A stretch of 64,000 nt of DNA, taken from Leucoraja erinacea. Taxonomy: Eukaryota. The notes beneath the pieces were generated by a model, which worked only from the letters and a program-made list of their open reading frames with translations, did not search any database and had not been told where the DNA came from. The stretch spans positions 42,408,001-42,472,000 of the forward strand of contig NC_073391.1 of the NCBI RefSeq assembly GCF_028641065.1, in the 5' to 3' direction. Positions within the stretch are counted from its first letter, which is position 1; every line of letters begins with the position of its first letter. Made by a program: the position numbers and the translations under genes. Shown here one piece after another: positions 1-13,475 of the stretch.

Positions 1-51
1 TGCAAATATCTTTTCTCTGCAAGATATTCCTTCATTGCAGCTGGAATTCAA

Positions 52-370
52 GTTTAGTTTACGTTTAGAGATGCAGCGCAGAATCGAGCCATTCGGCCCA
101 CCGGGTCCGCGCTGACCAGCGATCCCCACGTATTAACACTACCCTACACACACTGGGAATAATTTTCACATTTATCAAGCCAATTTATTTGCATACCTAT
201 ACGTCTTTAGAGTGTGGGAGGAAGCTGAAGATCTCTGATGAAACTCACACAGTCACGGGGAGAACGTACAAACTCCACACAGACAGCACTTGTAGTCAGG
301 GTCAAACCCATGTTTCCTGTGCTGCCAACACTGTTAGGCAGCAACTCGACTGCTGTGCCACTGTGCCGGC
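52..370 (-). mobile_element. tRNA-derived V-SINE (HE1-like)
   Basis: On the minus strand: tRNA-like head, V-core (gtttgtacgttctccccgtg...ttcctcccacactc), CR1-like tail and (taaac)n end. Confidence 0.8.
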
Positions 371-824
371 CTTGAATTTATTGAAAACTTTGCTTTAAAT
401 ACTTTTGTTCATAATCCAATATGAAATACCGTTTGATATTTGGTATTTCAAATGACGAGTACACCCATACAAAATGTTACACCATACAAAATGGTACAAG
501 TTTTGGATTTAAGGATGCTCCACGTGCTAGTGGTAAAATATAGCTTGCTCTTTTGGTGGGTAGGAGGTTGATGGTGGATAAAAATATTAGGATGCAATAT
601 AAATTATTTCTTGTCTGAACATCATTGTCTGGTGCTGTCAGATCATCAAATAAAAAATGTTTGTTTTTAATACTTTGTTACAAGTTGAATTGGAACAAAA
701 CTTTCACCATCATTCTCTCGGGTTAGATCGGAGAGTTTGTCTAGGATTTTCAATATCCAGCTGTACCCCAGTTCAAAATGTTATGTTATTGATAGCCCAA
801 GTATTGGAAAGTCCAACTGTTGGA

Positions 825-980
825 GGAACGTGGGCAGCATCTGCAGAGGGAAGCAGACAGACTGATGAAGGGTCTCAGCCTGGAATGTCATCTGTCCATT
901 TTCCTCCACAGATGCTACCGGACCTGCTGAGTTTCTCTCAGTTTTACAACTCGTGATTTCAGCATCTGCAGTCTCTTGCA
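825..980. mobile_element. Penelope-like terminal repeat, inverted (hairpin) form, older subfamily
   Basis: gcagcatctg...cagatgcta arms; degenerate CTGATGA-AGGGTCTCAGCCT-GGAATGTC core at 862. Confidence 0.6.
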
Positions 981-1099
981 TCTTTATTGGAAAGTCAATG
1001 TGATCAACACTCAAGAATTTACCTTCGTGCATTGTGATGTGTGGACCTGATTGATTATTATACAATGATGACTATTTATTGTTTGACTATTTACTATTG

Positions 1100-1260
1100 C
1101 AAGTTTTTAAAAACATTTAGACAGGTACATGGATAGGCCAGGTTTAGAGGGATATGGACCATAATGCAAGTAGGTGGGGCTAGTGTAGATGGGACATGTT
1201 GGTCAGTGTGGGCAGGTTGGGCTGAAGGGCCTGTTTCCATGCAGTGACTCTATGACTATG
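1100..1260 (+). mobile_element. CR1 LINE 3' end
   Basis: ttagacaggtacatggatagg...gggctgaagggcctgtttcc followed by a (ctatga)n tail. Confidence 0.75.
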
Positions 1261-3620
1261 AAAGCCGCTTTGTTCTTGAAATTTAACCTGGAATAAGTAA
1301 AATACTGTGTAATATTTGGAGGAGTCACTATGGTGGATGTTTATGTTAAAATGTATTTTGTGTGTTCCATTGCTTTTTATTTGTGTGACTGACTTGGCAA
1401 ATGAAATCAATGAATTAAGTAAAACTTGTCACTAAAAAAAAGTATGCCATGGCAAGCATGAAAATACCATGTAGCTATTTAAAAAAAAAAACCCATCTGC
1501 TTCATGGTTCCTTTTTCAGGAAGGAAATATATTGTCCTCTAGTAACTCCAGGCTTCTGGTACCTGTAGTTCACTGCTAACTTTCCACTCTGCAGAGGCGC
1601 AGTAAATGGTAGGACTAATTTAGATGATTACAAGCCATAGAATGACACAGTGTGGAAACTGGTTATTTGACCCAACTCATCCATGCCAGCCAAGTGCCCA
1701 ACATGAATGAACAAAAGAAAACAGTTGTATTACCTTCGCTTGGGAATGAATGTTGACTTTGTGCTCTCCTAACTAAAAGCGTTGATACTTTTTGTATGCC
1801 AGTTTGCACTATACCTGCAAATAGTTCCTCTTGAGTTTGTGCCCATACATATAGAGCAGCCAACTATCTTCCAGTGCAGTAAAAAAAACGAATAAAGCAA
1901 GGGACTGGAGTATTACATTGTAATAAAATACATAAAGTGCTTGAGTAACTCAGCGGGTCCAGTGGCATCTCTGGAGAACATGGATAGGTGACGTAATGTT
2001 TATTTCCGTGTAGAATTTAAGTTCTCTCAGCTAAGCAGTTTTTACTCACCAAGGACTAAATGAGCAGAATGCTTTTCAAATCTGCATGTTTTCAGTCGTT
2101 GGTAAAAATTAACAATCAAGTAATATAGCATGACTTTGACTGGATAATTGGTCAGTCTCTGCAATTCGTGGCACTGAGGGATAAACTTAGGTCTGTTTTA
2201 TTTAGGGCAAATTGAGATGTTCTAAATGCAGAGAAAGATTTGTTCAAAACAGGGGTCAACACGTTCATTTCATCTGGCTAGACCATGCATGACATTGCCA
2301 AATGTTCACTGGTACTAGTCCAAGCAGAGAAACTGCAAATTTGTTCTTGTGCTGAGGATTTGTCAACCGAGCATCCTATGAGCTGAAGGCAAACACAAAG
2401 GGTTCAGCTTCATTTCTACTTTGCAAACTGTTTGAGTTACCTGGGGAGGACGTGTATCGCTTTTGGAGGTTTCAAGGGGATTAATTTCTAAGAATTTTGA
2501 TCAACCAAACCCTTTTCTGGGTGGTGTGTAGTGCATGTCTTCAAATGAAGCATCAAAAACTATAAAGTCTGAAGAAAGGTCTCGATCTGAAACGTCCGCA
2601 TGGTAGGCTGCTCTGGAAGGTTAAATGTGATAATTCGTGTGCTCTGACAGTGGAGAAGGCCCAGGTCAGAAAGGGGACACTCAGTGGTGGATCTCTATTT
2701 TATGTTTCACTCTGAGAAGCTTGTGTAAATGAATCGGTTCTGCAGATTTGTCAATCAGGCCTACAGTAAGTGAGTTGAATGCATATCATGGATTGAATTT
2801 ACTGTTAATAGTTCTCTATTCCCACTGCTGTATTGACTTCTATCATCTGTCTCTGTATCAAATAATAACCATTGTGATCAATTGTCATGCTCATTCTACA
2901 GCTGCCATTTACACCAAGATTTTATTTTGTCCTTTGTCCACTCTTAACTTGCTGCAGCTCCTTCACCATTTTAATCCATCTTGGTCATCAGAAATGTTTC
3001 AGTTTTGTTCTTCCTGTCCCTCCACTTGTTTAAATATTATCACATTCGTAACACTTTCTATTTCGGATTTAAGATTATTGAAATATCAATTTTGTTTCTC
3101 TTCATGGATGCAGCCTGACCTGGTGAATATTTATGGCTGTTTTTTTTATTCAAGATTTCTAGCATCTGCAGTAATTAATTTTCCTTGCCATTGTGTTGTT
3201 CTGACTTGAATCCAACTCGTATAGTTTTAGTGCATTCATAGTCTATGTGATTTTGCCAATATATTTCATCATTGTAATACCTTCTTTCTACAAATGGCGA
3301 TTAATGGAATTGTTTTATATTTGTGTTTTATATATTTTTTTTGCAACATTAAAGAGCCATCAATCCTGGTAGTTGTCCTTTCTTGCTGTTTTCTAATCGC
3401 ATATCTGTTTGAATAAATCTTTGAAAAGAAAGGTTGGCTTAAACTTGAGCAAGCGAAGACTAACTAAATTACCTAAATTGGTTAACGTGTTGTTTGTTGA
3501 GAAATGCAAAAAAGATTAAAGTTAATCCTCCAATTTGAAGTGAAATTCTGAAGAATTCAATTGTGTATTGAAAATATCATTTTGTCAAGCCTAAAAAAAA
3601 TGTTTTTTGTCTTAATCCAG

Positions 3621-3665
3621 GTTTCTCGATGCAAAACATAAAAACCATTACAAAATATACAACCT
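3621..3665 (+). CDS. PTEN: PTEN exon 3 (phosphatase domain; (R)FLDAKHKNHYKIYNL)
   Basis: ttaatccAG acceptor and GTaagt donor; 45 bp, as in human exon 3; peptide matches PTEN FLDSKHKNHYKIYNL. Confidence 0.96.
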
Positions 3666-4069
3666 GTAAGTATGCTTTTACTTATACCTTTTATGAGTGT
3701 TAAATGTAGAAGTCAAATTAAGGACAGTGTTTCGAGACCAAACTCTGCTTTGGAAAAATATGACGTGTTTCAACTTTTTTAATCTGTGCCTGTCTTTCAA
3801 ATCTTCATTCACTGGATGTGGGCATCACTATCAAGGCCACCATTGTCTCCCTAATTGCTGTCAAAACTCACGAGAATGACTTTCTCTTTCTAGGATAATT
3901 AAATGCTATTTTTTGAAGTGCTATTGTTCGTGTGGTGAATTTTAATTCCCAGAGAATTTGAGTGTTTTGACTTTCTGCAAAGGAAAGACGGTGTTCCATT
4001 TGAAATCATGGTACATGATTTGGACTGACACTTGGTGGTAGTACCATGTGCCTGGTGACTTTGTCAAAG

Positions 4070-5060
4070 CCCTGTAGACAGTACAGAAACACGACTTTGA
4101 GGACCACTTCATCCATGCTGACTATCATGCTTATTTACACTAACCCTATGTGTCGACATTAACAATACTCCTTTCCTTTCTAAGTACCTGTCCAAATACC
4201 TTGTATCTGCCTCCACTATGCCGCCTCCTCTGCATGGGGAAAAATTACCCCCATGATCTAAACTCCCTTCTCACCTTACCCTCCAGCTCTGAACCTCCTT
4301 GCCCTGGGAAAAATATGTTGTCTATTTATCCTATGTGTGTCCCTCATTTTTTTTTTTTAAATTGGAGTAAAAAAATTAATTTCTCTCCCCCCCTCCTAAG
4401 TTCCATTTAGAATAAATTCAGCCGATTCACTCTTGCCATAAAACTACAGCTCTCCATTGCAGGCAACATCCAAATACCTCTCTTGTGTACTCGTTGTACA
4501 GTATTCTGTAGTTGTACAAAATGTTGGTACAGAAGTAATGTCCCAACTGTTATACTCAGTGCCTTGGCCGATGAAGGTGAGCGTACCAAACGCAATTTTT
4601 ACTATTCTATACTGTGTCGTAACTGTCAAAGACCGATGGACTTGCGCCCTAAGGATTGTCTTCATAGCAATGCTCCCAAGGTCCCTGCTATACATCCTAA
4701 CAGAATTGCCCTCCCATAGTGCATTACCTCACATTTGTTTGAATTCCACATGCCACCAGTTCAGCTAATCTATGTCTAATTGTAATTTTAAATAGTCACC
4801 TTTATCTACAACTCCACTCATTTTGGTTATCAGGACTTAATCATACCCACTGCATACGCTTGGTCCCAGCACCAAACCTTGCAATACACCTTTCCTTACA
4901 GATATCAGTCAGAAAAACACTGATCCACCATTACCCTCTGCTTCCAGCCGCCCAAACAATTTTGGATCTGGTTTACTGACAAGCAGCTGATCCCTTGTGT
5001 CAGACCCACCTGCTGGGTAGTACCTCGTTAAAAGCCTTGCTAAAGTCTGTATGAGTAGAA
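4070..5060 (-). mobile_element. Old, degenerate CR1 fragments
   Basis: Minus-strand ORF remnants (VKIAFGTLTFIGQGTEYNSWD..., VQRVHKRGIWMLP) resemble the CR1 ORF2 C-terminus. Confidence 0.6.
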
Positions 5061-5220
5061 GTTGCAAGTTTAGGAAGTCTTATTGAAGAAACTTTAACAC
5101 CGATCTTTTAGATAAACGCTTTGCAGCAAGGTTCAATTGATGCACAAGGAATTAGTTTATAAGGTGATGAATGGGGTGAAGTTAACTATTTTCTCTTCGT
5201 ATTGGGCATCTTGAGTAAGA

Positions 5221-5426
5221 AGATGCTGGTTTACACTGAAGATAGACACAGAATGCTGGCTTAACGCAACAGGGTCAGGCAGCATCTCTGGAGAAAAGGA
5301 ATTGGTGACATTTCGGGTCAAGACCCTTCATCAGACTGATCTCAACCCAAAACATCACCTATTCCTTTTCTCCAGAGATGCTCCCCGACCCGCTGAGTTA
5401 CTCCCAACATTTTGTTTCTATCTTCT
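5221..5426. mobile_element. Penelope-derived inverted-repeat (hairpin) element
   Basis: Left arm gaagatagacacagaatgctgg...agcatctctggagaaaaggaa is the reverse complement of right arm ttccttttctccagagatgct...cattttgtttctatcttc. Confidence 0.75.
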
Positions 5427-6318
5427 GGAGCATAATAAATGCTGTTGAAGTTGCACTCACCTGGACATGTGGAGAGTATTCTATCAGTCTTGGTGTGTGT
5501 GCACCTTGCAAATGACATTGCTTGCTGCAGAATGCACAGCCGCAGGTTTGCAGTTGTTACCTGAGGTTGGTTGATCCAAATAAGCCACAGGCCAAAGCCA
5601 CAGTGATTCCCAGAATGTTGAATTTCAACAAACACGCAATATGAAATTATTTGCCTAGGGAGACAGTAATCGAGTTATTGTCTCAAGTAAATGAGTCCTG
5701 ATCAGAACAGCTGATTTTTTTTTTTTTTTTTTTTTTCCCCAGCTGACTTGCTGATGAGCTTTTCCAGTATTTTCCATGTCAAATGTTTGTGTTTTGGTTA
5801 GCTTAGCATACAATGATTTCGAATTTGGATTGTTTCTTCATTCTAAGTGAATTATTATAAATTGTGCTCTAAATACCCTGTGAAGAGAGATTATGTCTGA
5901 TCACCAATGCAGTTCTCGCTCTGCACGATTCACAGTTGTCATAGGAATATTATCACACCCAGCAATTATCCGGAATTTTACAGTAGACTTTAAAAATCTA
6001 GTTTTCCGAAGAATCAGCTGGACAGCACATAAATCTGGTGAAACCATCAAGGGCAGACTATTGGCAAATTCTGAGCTCGTTTAAGGAGAAGCTAAGATGA
6101 CACTGGATTCTAGGGAATGTTGTAAAGCGACCTTCATATTTTGTATTTGGATGGTGTTTGTGATTATTCCATTGATTGTGCAAGCCTGCTCTTGAAAGTA
6201 GTACCCCTGGGTGTCTGGAAGATACCGTAAAGATCTGCCGATGTGAGAATTGGCAACAGCAGAGAAGTTGAGGTTTTTTTTAAAACAAGGTGACAGCCAA
6301 ACTGAAGGTTCGGTGAAG

Positions 6319-6502
6319 AAGGAACTGCAGATGCTGGAAAATCGAAGTTTGACAAAAATGCTGGAGAAACTCAGCGGGTGAGGCAGCATCTATGGAGCGA
6401 AGGATCTCAGTCTGAAGAAGGGTTTCGACCCAAAACGATGCCTATTTCCTTCGCTCCATAAATGCTGCCTCGCCTGCTGAGTTTCTCCAGCATTTCTGTC
6501 CA
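6319..6502. mobile_element. Penelope-derived inverted-repeat element
   Basis: atgctggagaaactcagcgggtgaggcagcatctatggagcgaagg pairs with ccttcgctccataaatgctgcctcgcctgctgagtttctccagcat. Confidence 0.75.
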
Positions 6503-6634
6503 CGTTTGGTGAACAATGTAAGCTAACATGAGGGTGAGGAAGGGAGATTGACTAGTCAACTGCTCAGTAGAAATGTTACCATGGGTTCTTTAGGGGAAAT
6601 CAAGCTTAAAAGACATGAAAGAAAATTATAAATT

Positions 6635-7215
6635 GATGTCAAGAGTGTTTTATTGTCATGTGTCCCATAACGGAACAATGAAATTCTTACTTGCAGCAGT
6701 ACAAGAAATATGTGAACATTGTGCGCTGTAAACACCATAATAATAAAGAAAGTTTGGTACGGTAATAGTGCAAAGACAAAATCATTGTCCCCAAGTCGAT
6801 GTAGTTTGGAACTTATATGGAGGTTGTGGTGTTTAACAGCTGATGGTTGTCGGGAAGAAGCTGCTCCTGAATTTGGATGTTAGTTTTCAAGCTCCTATCC
6901 AACCTTCCTGATGGCAAGAGTGAAACGAGAGTGACTAGTGTAGTGAACAGTGTAGGCTGCCTATTTGTGGCAGCGTCCTGTAGATCTCTTTGATGGTGCG
7001 GAGGACTATACTCGTGATGGACTGGGCAGTGTTCACCTCTTTGTGCAAATCATATTCATTCCTGGGTGTTTGAGTGGCTGAACCAGGCCAAAATCCATCC
7101 AATCAATATGCACCTGTATAACTTCAAGAGAGTATTCGTTGACGTACTAAATCTTCTCAATCCCCTGAGGAAGTGATGGGCTTTCTTTATGATTGCTGGG
7201 TCCTAGACAGATCTT
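6635..7215 (-). mobile_element. Rex1/Babar-like LINE 3' fragment
   Basis: Tail tgacaataaaacactc on the minus strand; gggaagaagctg...cctg and cttcctgatggc motifs shared with the Rex copy at 50166. Confidence 0.6.
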
Positions 7216-7899
7216 CACTTGAGAGTTCAGGAAGGGATAAATCTGTAGACTGGTCTGGTGACGTGGAGGAAAGAAGCAGATTGTCATAAATTAGCTGTTT
7301 GGTCTCAATCCTAGCCCAGTCGTTGGAGGCGAGAGTGATGGATTGGGAGGATGACAAAATTAGTTTCAGTGGAGCAAATTAGGCAAATTTATTTTTGCAA
7401 TCCAAGACAAACCTGAAATTGGCGAGAGTTTTGTCGGCAAATGCTCAGCTGTTTATCATGGCCCAGTGAAATGTTTAAATAAACTACCTGCAAATCCATT
7501 CAACTTGGTAATTTGGACTGAAGGAAATGAGATCATGGCCGAATAAGGAGAGTGGTCAGAGTGATAACTTTATTGTTAATCAAAGATCAAAGATAACATC
7601 CCCTGACAGGGTACCTTTAGTCACATTCTTTACTTAAAACTGTATGTTCTCTCTGGCAAGTAATAGATTATTTTAGTTGCTGTAGAGATTTAATCAACGT
7701 AATTGGGGTTGATGGTATGAATATTATGCGTTGTTTCATAGATTATTTTCCAGTGGAGTCGTTTATTTCTTGGAAGATTAAATAACTTGGAAGATGATTC
7801 CAATTAGGCCTTATTTTTCAGCTAAAAATAACTGTTCTTAAATGAGTGGTATTTGATTGTTGTTAAAGATTGACTGGAGTGCCACAATTTAATAACTGG

Positions 7900-8700
7900 G
7901 CCAGAGAGCAGAGAAACAGGCTCTCTGGCCACTATGTCTGTGACCAAGTATGTATCTATACTAAGCCAATTTACTAGCATTTAGTCCACCACATGTGTCT
8001 TGCTGATGAAATTGCGCATCCAGCTGTTTTTTAAATGTTCTGAAGTATCTGCCTCCACTGTTCCAGATTTCCCCTACCTTCTGGGTGAAAAACAACTTTC
8101 CTCAGATTCCCACTAAACCTACTATTCCTGGTGTTAAACATGCACTGTGGTCTTGGACACCTGCCATAAGGAAAGGTTTGTTCTTATTCACCCTAGCAAC
8201 GACTCACTTTTACCTTTCAGGCCCCTCCTCAGGCTCCTGTACTCCAAGGAAAACTAACGTAGCCCGTTCAGTGTCTCCCAAAAATCTCTTCTCGTCCTCT
8301 CCCGTGAAACCTCGTCTTTCCTATAGTGCAGGAACCAGAACTGCACACACTATTCAAGCTTTAGATTAATAAATGTTTTGAAAGCCATACCGAGTCTTGC
8401 TTTTATATTCTGTACTCGGGCTATTGGAGGCAAGCTGAATGCTGCCTTCACCTTATCTACCTGCGCTGTCACCTTTGCTAATCTTTGGACTTGTACACCA
8501 AGGTCTTCGCCAAATTCCGTAGCAACCCCAATGTATCTCATCGAGTCCTGGTCCAAGACCTCGTTTTTAATCTTAATTTTTTCCAGAATTTCATTATTCC
8601 AAATAAAATTCCTCACTGCAATATCTACAGATAGAACATTTTCATTAAAGGCATGCTTCTGCACACATATAGATTAGCCCTTTGGTCCCTAGTCTTACCC
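7900..8700 (-). mobile_element. Old CR1 fragment
   Basis: Remnant EDLGVQVQRLAKVTAQVDKVKAAF in ORF 8350-8664, with a CR1-like 3' end near 7910. Confidence 0.55.
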
Positions 8701-9179
8701 TGGTTACCCACTTGATTCCAATATATCCTTAGCCACTTTTGGTCCTCCATTCTTCTTTTTTAATCTAACACACATGAGGTGCATGTACAAGTTGGATGCT
8801 CTTTATTCCTGATGGGCCTCTCCTGTTTTCAATGTTCTACACTTATCGTATCCTTTTTTTTAATCAAACCTTTGATATCCACAGATTCTCAGAACTTGCA
8901 GTCTTGCAAATTGGCCCTGAATTCTATCTATTTGTCTATCAATAGGCACTCAATTCCCCAATGTAGATTCACCTGTAAGTAGAAACAAAGAACTGCAGAT
9001 GCTGAAGATAGCAAAGACTGGCACAGTACTGGAGTAACTCAGTGGGCCAGGCAGCATATTTGGAGATAAAGGATGGGTGACATTTTGGGCATGACTCTTC
9101 AGACTGAAAGGACTGAATTAATCGGAATGAATTTAATCCTGTGTGAACAAACACACAACCAAAAGTACACAGCACCTAA

Positions 9180-9930
9180 ATTGGTGCTCTGACTGTGACC
9201 ATAATCTTTTTAAGGCTTGAACAGAACAGTTGCCATACAAAGCTTTGCATCCGAACAAGATGCTTTCTATGGTGTTTTTGTGGACATTTATGTCATTGGA
9301 GACATGTCAAACTTCCTTTATTCTCTGAGGAAGTACTGGGATTGGTGTGCTTTCTTGGCCAGAGCTTCAATGTGGTTGAGCGAGGTCAAATTGTTTGTGC
9401 CATTTACACCTCAGAACTTAACTTCTCGTCTGTCTCCACTTCAGCATTGTTTCGGACTAAGGAGTGTACTCCGTCCCGTTTGTTGAAATTGATGACCAGC
9501 TCCTTGGTTTTGCTAACATTGTGAGAGATGTTGACTTGACAACATGGTACTAAGCTCTCTGTTTCCTTCCTGTAGTCTGTCTCGTCATTATTTGAGATCC
9601 ACCACTACTTTGGCGTCATCTGCAAACTTGTAAATGGAGTAGAATTTGGCTGCACAATTGTGAGTGCATAGAGGGCTGAGGACACAGCGTTTCAGGTCAC
9701 CGGTGTTGAGAATTATCCTGGAGGACGTTGTGCGCCATTCTTACTGACTGCAGTCTATGGGTCAAAAAGTCGAGGATCCATTTGCAGAGAGTGGTTCTAA
9801 GTCCAGGAGTTTTGAGATGACTATGTTTGGAAATTTGATGCTGAAGGCGGAGTTATTTTCAATAAATAAGAATCTGATGGAGGTGTCTTAGTTAACCGGA
9901 TGTTTCAGGGGTAAGTGTAGGGCCAGAGAC
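9180..9930 (-). mobile_element. Rex1/Babar-like RT fragment
   Basis: tcatctgcaaacttg = K-F-A-D-D on the minus strand (9616-9630); gagggctgaggacacag = CVLSPL motif. Confidence 0.7.
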
Positions 9931-10189
9931 ATGTCTGCAGTTGCTGTTGTGGGGGCGTAAGTTGATATGCACTCTGAACAGATTTTTGAAGCACCAAATT
10001 AGTCATTATTGTCTGAAGAAGGACCTGACGTGAAATGACTCCCATCCATATTCTCCAGAGCTGCCGCCTGGCCTGCTGAGTTACTCCAGCACTGTCGTTT
10101 TTAGTCATTGAGACATACTACTTTGTTTCTCTTTGGCCGGAATGATAGTAGTCTAAATACAAGCGGAAACCACAACCAGTTTGATTTTT

Positions 10190-10680
10190 GACAAAGGTCA
10201 GTGGGGTTAGTAAGTGGGTTTTACCAGTGTTTTTAATAAGCTCACATTAGTGGTGTAGCTAGAAAACTTGGTTGTTGGAATCTAAAGAAAGTAACACATT
10301 TGGCTCAGTAGTGGGAAAGGTTGTTTTTAAGCTTTTTTTTTTGCAAGGCTCAAAATAAGGTTCTTAGCTTTTACATATTGTGTATCGTGATTTGGCCTAA
10401 AATTCAAGGACCTTGAGATATCCAGGAGGTACAAAAATTGTTGTTGATGCCAAAGAAGGATGCAGGCAATGGGAAGATGTCGATGAACAAGTCAAGTGGT
10501 CAGAATGTTGGCAAATGCAATTCTATCCAAAGTGTGAGCTAATGTGCAGGGTGGACGAGAGAGGTGAATACATAATAAATGATTTATTATTGAAGTGTAG
10601 AGGAGCAGAAGGAACTTGAAGTGTATGGTGACAGATCCCTAAAGGTAGCAGAGCTAGAAGGTGGCAGTTATTCAGACAGA
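10190..10680 (+). mobile_element. Old CR1 RT fragment
   Basis: ORF 10413 contains VKWSECWQMQFYPKCELM (CR1 W..WQM.FN..KC motif). Confidence 0.6.
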
Positions 10681-11617
10681 TGGGTGAGTTTCGTTATTGT
10701 CTGAGACTTTGATCTAATCTGGCACAGTGGTTTGAGCTGATTCCCCACATGAAGTGTGTAGGGAGGAACTGCAGATGTTGGTTTCAACCAAAGACAGGTA
10801 CATAAAGCTGAAGTATCCCAGTGTGTCAGGCAGCATCTCTGGAAGAGAGTAATAGTTGACGTTTCGGGTTGAGACCATTCTTCAAATTGAGAGTCGGGGG
10901 GAAAGGGGAACAAGAGATATAGCCAGGTATATTTCTTATTCCCCTTTCTCCTGACTCTGAAGTGATGGGTTATCTCACGGTTGCATTTTCTTGCTGTACC
11001 AGATGAGGTTTCCAATGTAGGAACACAACTGAAGTAATGCTGACACAGCTGTTAAGCGAGGACTTTAGGTTTGCTCATGTGCGTGGATGTTCTGAACTTT
11101 TTGGCATTGAAGTAGGGAAATGCCAGTGCTTCCTGACAATGTCTGGGCCATTAGTTCTGTTGCTCTCCAAGCCTGGTCTGATGACACTTCCAGCATTTCT
11201 TATTTGAATCTTGGCATTGTTTCAATGTTTTAATTTTGTTATGTAAAAGTTCTCTTTGTGATTGAAGCCTGTTACTTCTATGGTCTATTTGATTTAGTAT
11301 TCTAGTTTAAACTCTTACCAGTGTGTAATAAAAAAAGAACTGTAGATGCTGGTTTACTCCGAAGATAGACACAAAGGCTGTAGTAACTCAGCAGGTCAGG
11401 CAGCAGCATCTCTGGAGAAAATGATAGATGACATTTTGCGTTTAGACCCTTCTTCAGACTGATTGTTGTAGGCGCGTGGAGGGGAGAGCGACTGGAAGTA
11501 AGAAACAAACCAAATTGTGGCCGGCAACAGATGACCTCAAGCAAGGAGGTTCCCTAATAGGCCTATTGTTGGCGAGAGACAGGTATCCAAGAGGGATAAA
11601 TTGTTGCGAACTATGGA

Positions 11618-11800
11618 ACTCAAAGATCCTATAGCGGAGCAAGATAGTCCACTCCTTCTAAATGCAATGGGCTGACGTGTAGTACGCAACGGAGCAGAAC
11701 GTGGGTCTTTTTTTTCATCCATTTCAGTAACCCGACTCGCAGTGTAATCAACATTGCGGGGGAACAGTTTATGTTAATAAATTATCATTCTGAAAACGAG
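11618..11800. repeat. Unclassified CpG-rich interspersed segment between a Penelope fragment (11335-11615) and a SINE
   Basis: Abrupt change in composition, CpG-retaining; no partner TIR found in the window. Confidence 0.3.
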
Positions 11801-11804
11801 GACA

Positions 11805-12035
11805 CTAACTGTCCTCCACACACACCAAGGACAATTTGCACCAAAGCCAATTAACCTACAAAACTGTACATCCTTGGGGAGTGGGAGTAAACCGGAGCAC
11901 CCCGGAAAAATCCACGTGGGCAGGTGAAGATCGTACAAACTCCATACAGACAGTACCCGTGGTCAGAATCAAACCCGGTTCTCTGGTGCTGTAGCGCAGC
12001 AGCTCTACCAATGTGCTGCAGTAACTGCCCCACCA
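11805..12035 (-). mobile_element. HE1-like V-SINE
   Basis: V-core and tRNA head in reverse orientation. Confidence 0.75.
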
Positions 12036-12557
12036 TGTCTTGATTTTGTGAAAACACTCAGTAAATCCAAATATATTTTCACTTGTCTTGGTGTAGATAG
12101 ACATCAGAATGTACCATGATTGCTAAATCGCTGAACTATATATTTTCCATTTCACCACTGCATTATTATATATTTTACTTGAATGGCGTGTATAACGTCG
12201 GTTTGCCTTGCATTTAATTTTCTATTGTTCGGACCAGTCACATATCTTAACGCACTTGCTCTATAATTCATTGTTTGCCTCTCGTATTTCTGGACTTCTG
12301 TGTTGAAACAAGCTGCTTTTTGGGTCCATCTCAGCCTCTCTAGTTCCTCATTCCCACAGGTCCTTTGGGGCATTATTTTCTTGTGCATATTGTCAAGCAG
12401 TTGTATCCAGGCCATACTCAAATTTTATCAAGCTTTAATTGCCAAGCAGAAATTGTTCTTGCGCAGCTGATAGTGGCGATATAAATATCATTGCATGAAA
12501 AGTTGTTAGCTGGTGTGTATGGCAATTCAGTAAAGTTGGGCTATTATCTATCTATCT

Positions 12558-12653
12558 TCTATATATTACTGACACTCTCATCTTGTTTGTTTTTATGTGT
12601 GCGTGTTTGCCCTCTCTGATTCGGTGATGTCACCAAATTACGCCAAAACGGTG
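12558..12653 (+). mobile_element. 5' fragment of the Helitron family seen at 34479-35406, truncated by a Penelope element
   Basis: TCTATATATTACTGACACTCTC...GTGTGCGTG...CGCCAAAACGGT matches the reverse complement of 35337-35406. Confidence 0.6.
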
Positions 12654-12810
12654 GGTCAGGCAGCATCACTGGAGAAAATGGATAGGTGATGTTTCAAATC
12701 AGGGCCCTTCTGCAGACTATCTCCAGAGATGGTGCCCAACCCGTTGAGTTACTCCAGCACTTTTTTTTTGTCCTTTTTTGTAAACCAGCATCTGCTATTT
12801 CTTTTTTCTA
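12652..12810. mobile_element. Penelope-derived inverted-repeat element
   Basis: gggtcaggcagcatcactggaga pairs with tctccagagatggtgcccaaccc. Confidence 0.7.
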
Positions 12811-13259
12811 TTCTCCCCTCTAGTCTGCCACGATTCATTCTTGGAATCATTATCTTACATAAACAAATGGCAATTCCTGATTTATTTTGTTAGTCGCGTA
12901 CTGTGCAGTTGTTCACCAAATAGATAAAGTGGCTAATGGGGTCAAATAAATTGTTTGCTTCTTGTAGTTCCAGAGGTCTGCGAAAACAATCTAAATTATT
13001 GAATGCTCAATGACGGGACCATAATTTAGCCTGTACACTGGTTGCATTTATTGAACAGTTATGTACCGAGTGTCTACAGTTGAGTATAACGGATAGCATT
13101 AGTCATCTGGAAGCCTGATGCAGCTTGTGTACCTTTACTAAACTTTAATCTAGATCATTTTGACTTTGAAACTGACTTGTTTAAAATGATAGCATCTATC
13201 TTCAGCCTTTGCCTGCCTAATTAGATTGCAGTAATGTTAAAGGATATATTGCGACAAAC

Positions 13260-13475
13260 TAGTCTGAAGAAAGGTCCCGACTTGAAACGTCGCCTGTCCA
13301 TGTACTTCTCAGATGCTGCCTCATCCGTTGGATTAATCCACTCTGAAAAAAGGGTCTTGACCTGAAACTGCACCTATTCCTTTTCTCCAGAGATGCTGCC
13401 TGACCCACTGAGTTACTCCAGCTTTTTGTGACTATCTTCAGTTTAAACCAGCATCTGCAATTCCTTCTTACACAT
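13260..13475 (+). mobile_element. Two tandem Penelope terminal repeats
   Basis: ctgaagaaaggtcccgacttgaaacgtc at 13264 and ctgaaaaaagggtcttgacctgaaac at 13343, each followed by the agatgctgcc tail. Confidence 0.75.

Noticed and set aside
461-499. Short tandem duplications (also 32108-32137, 34150-34196, 54737-54779, 56480-56524)
   Set aside because: Ordinary slippage or repair scars with no sign of function.
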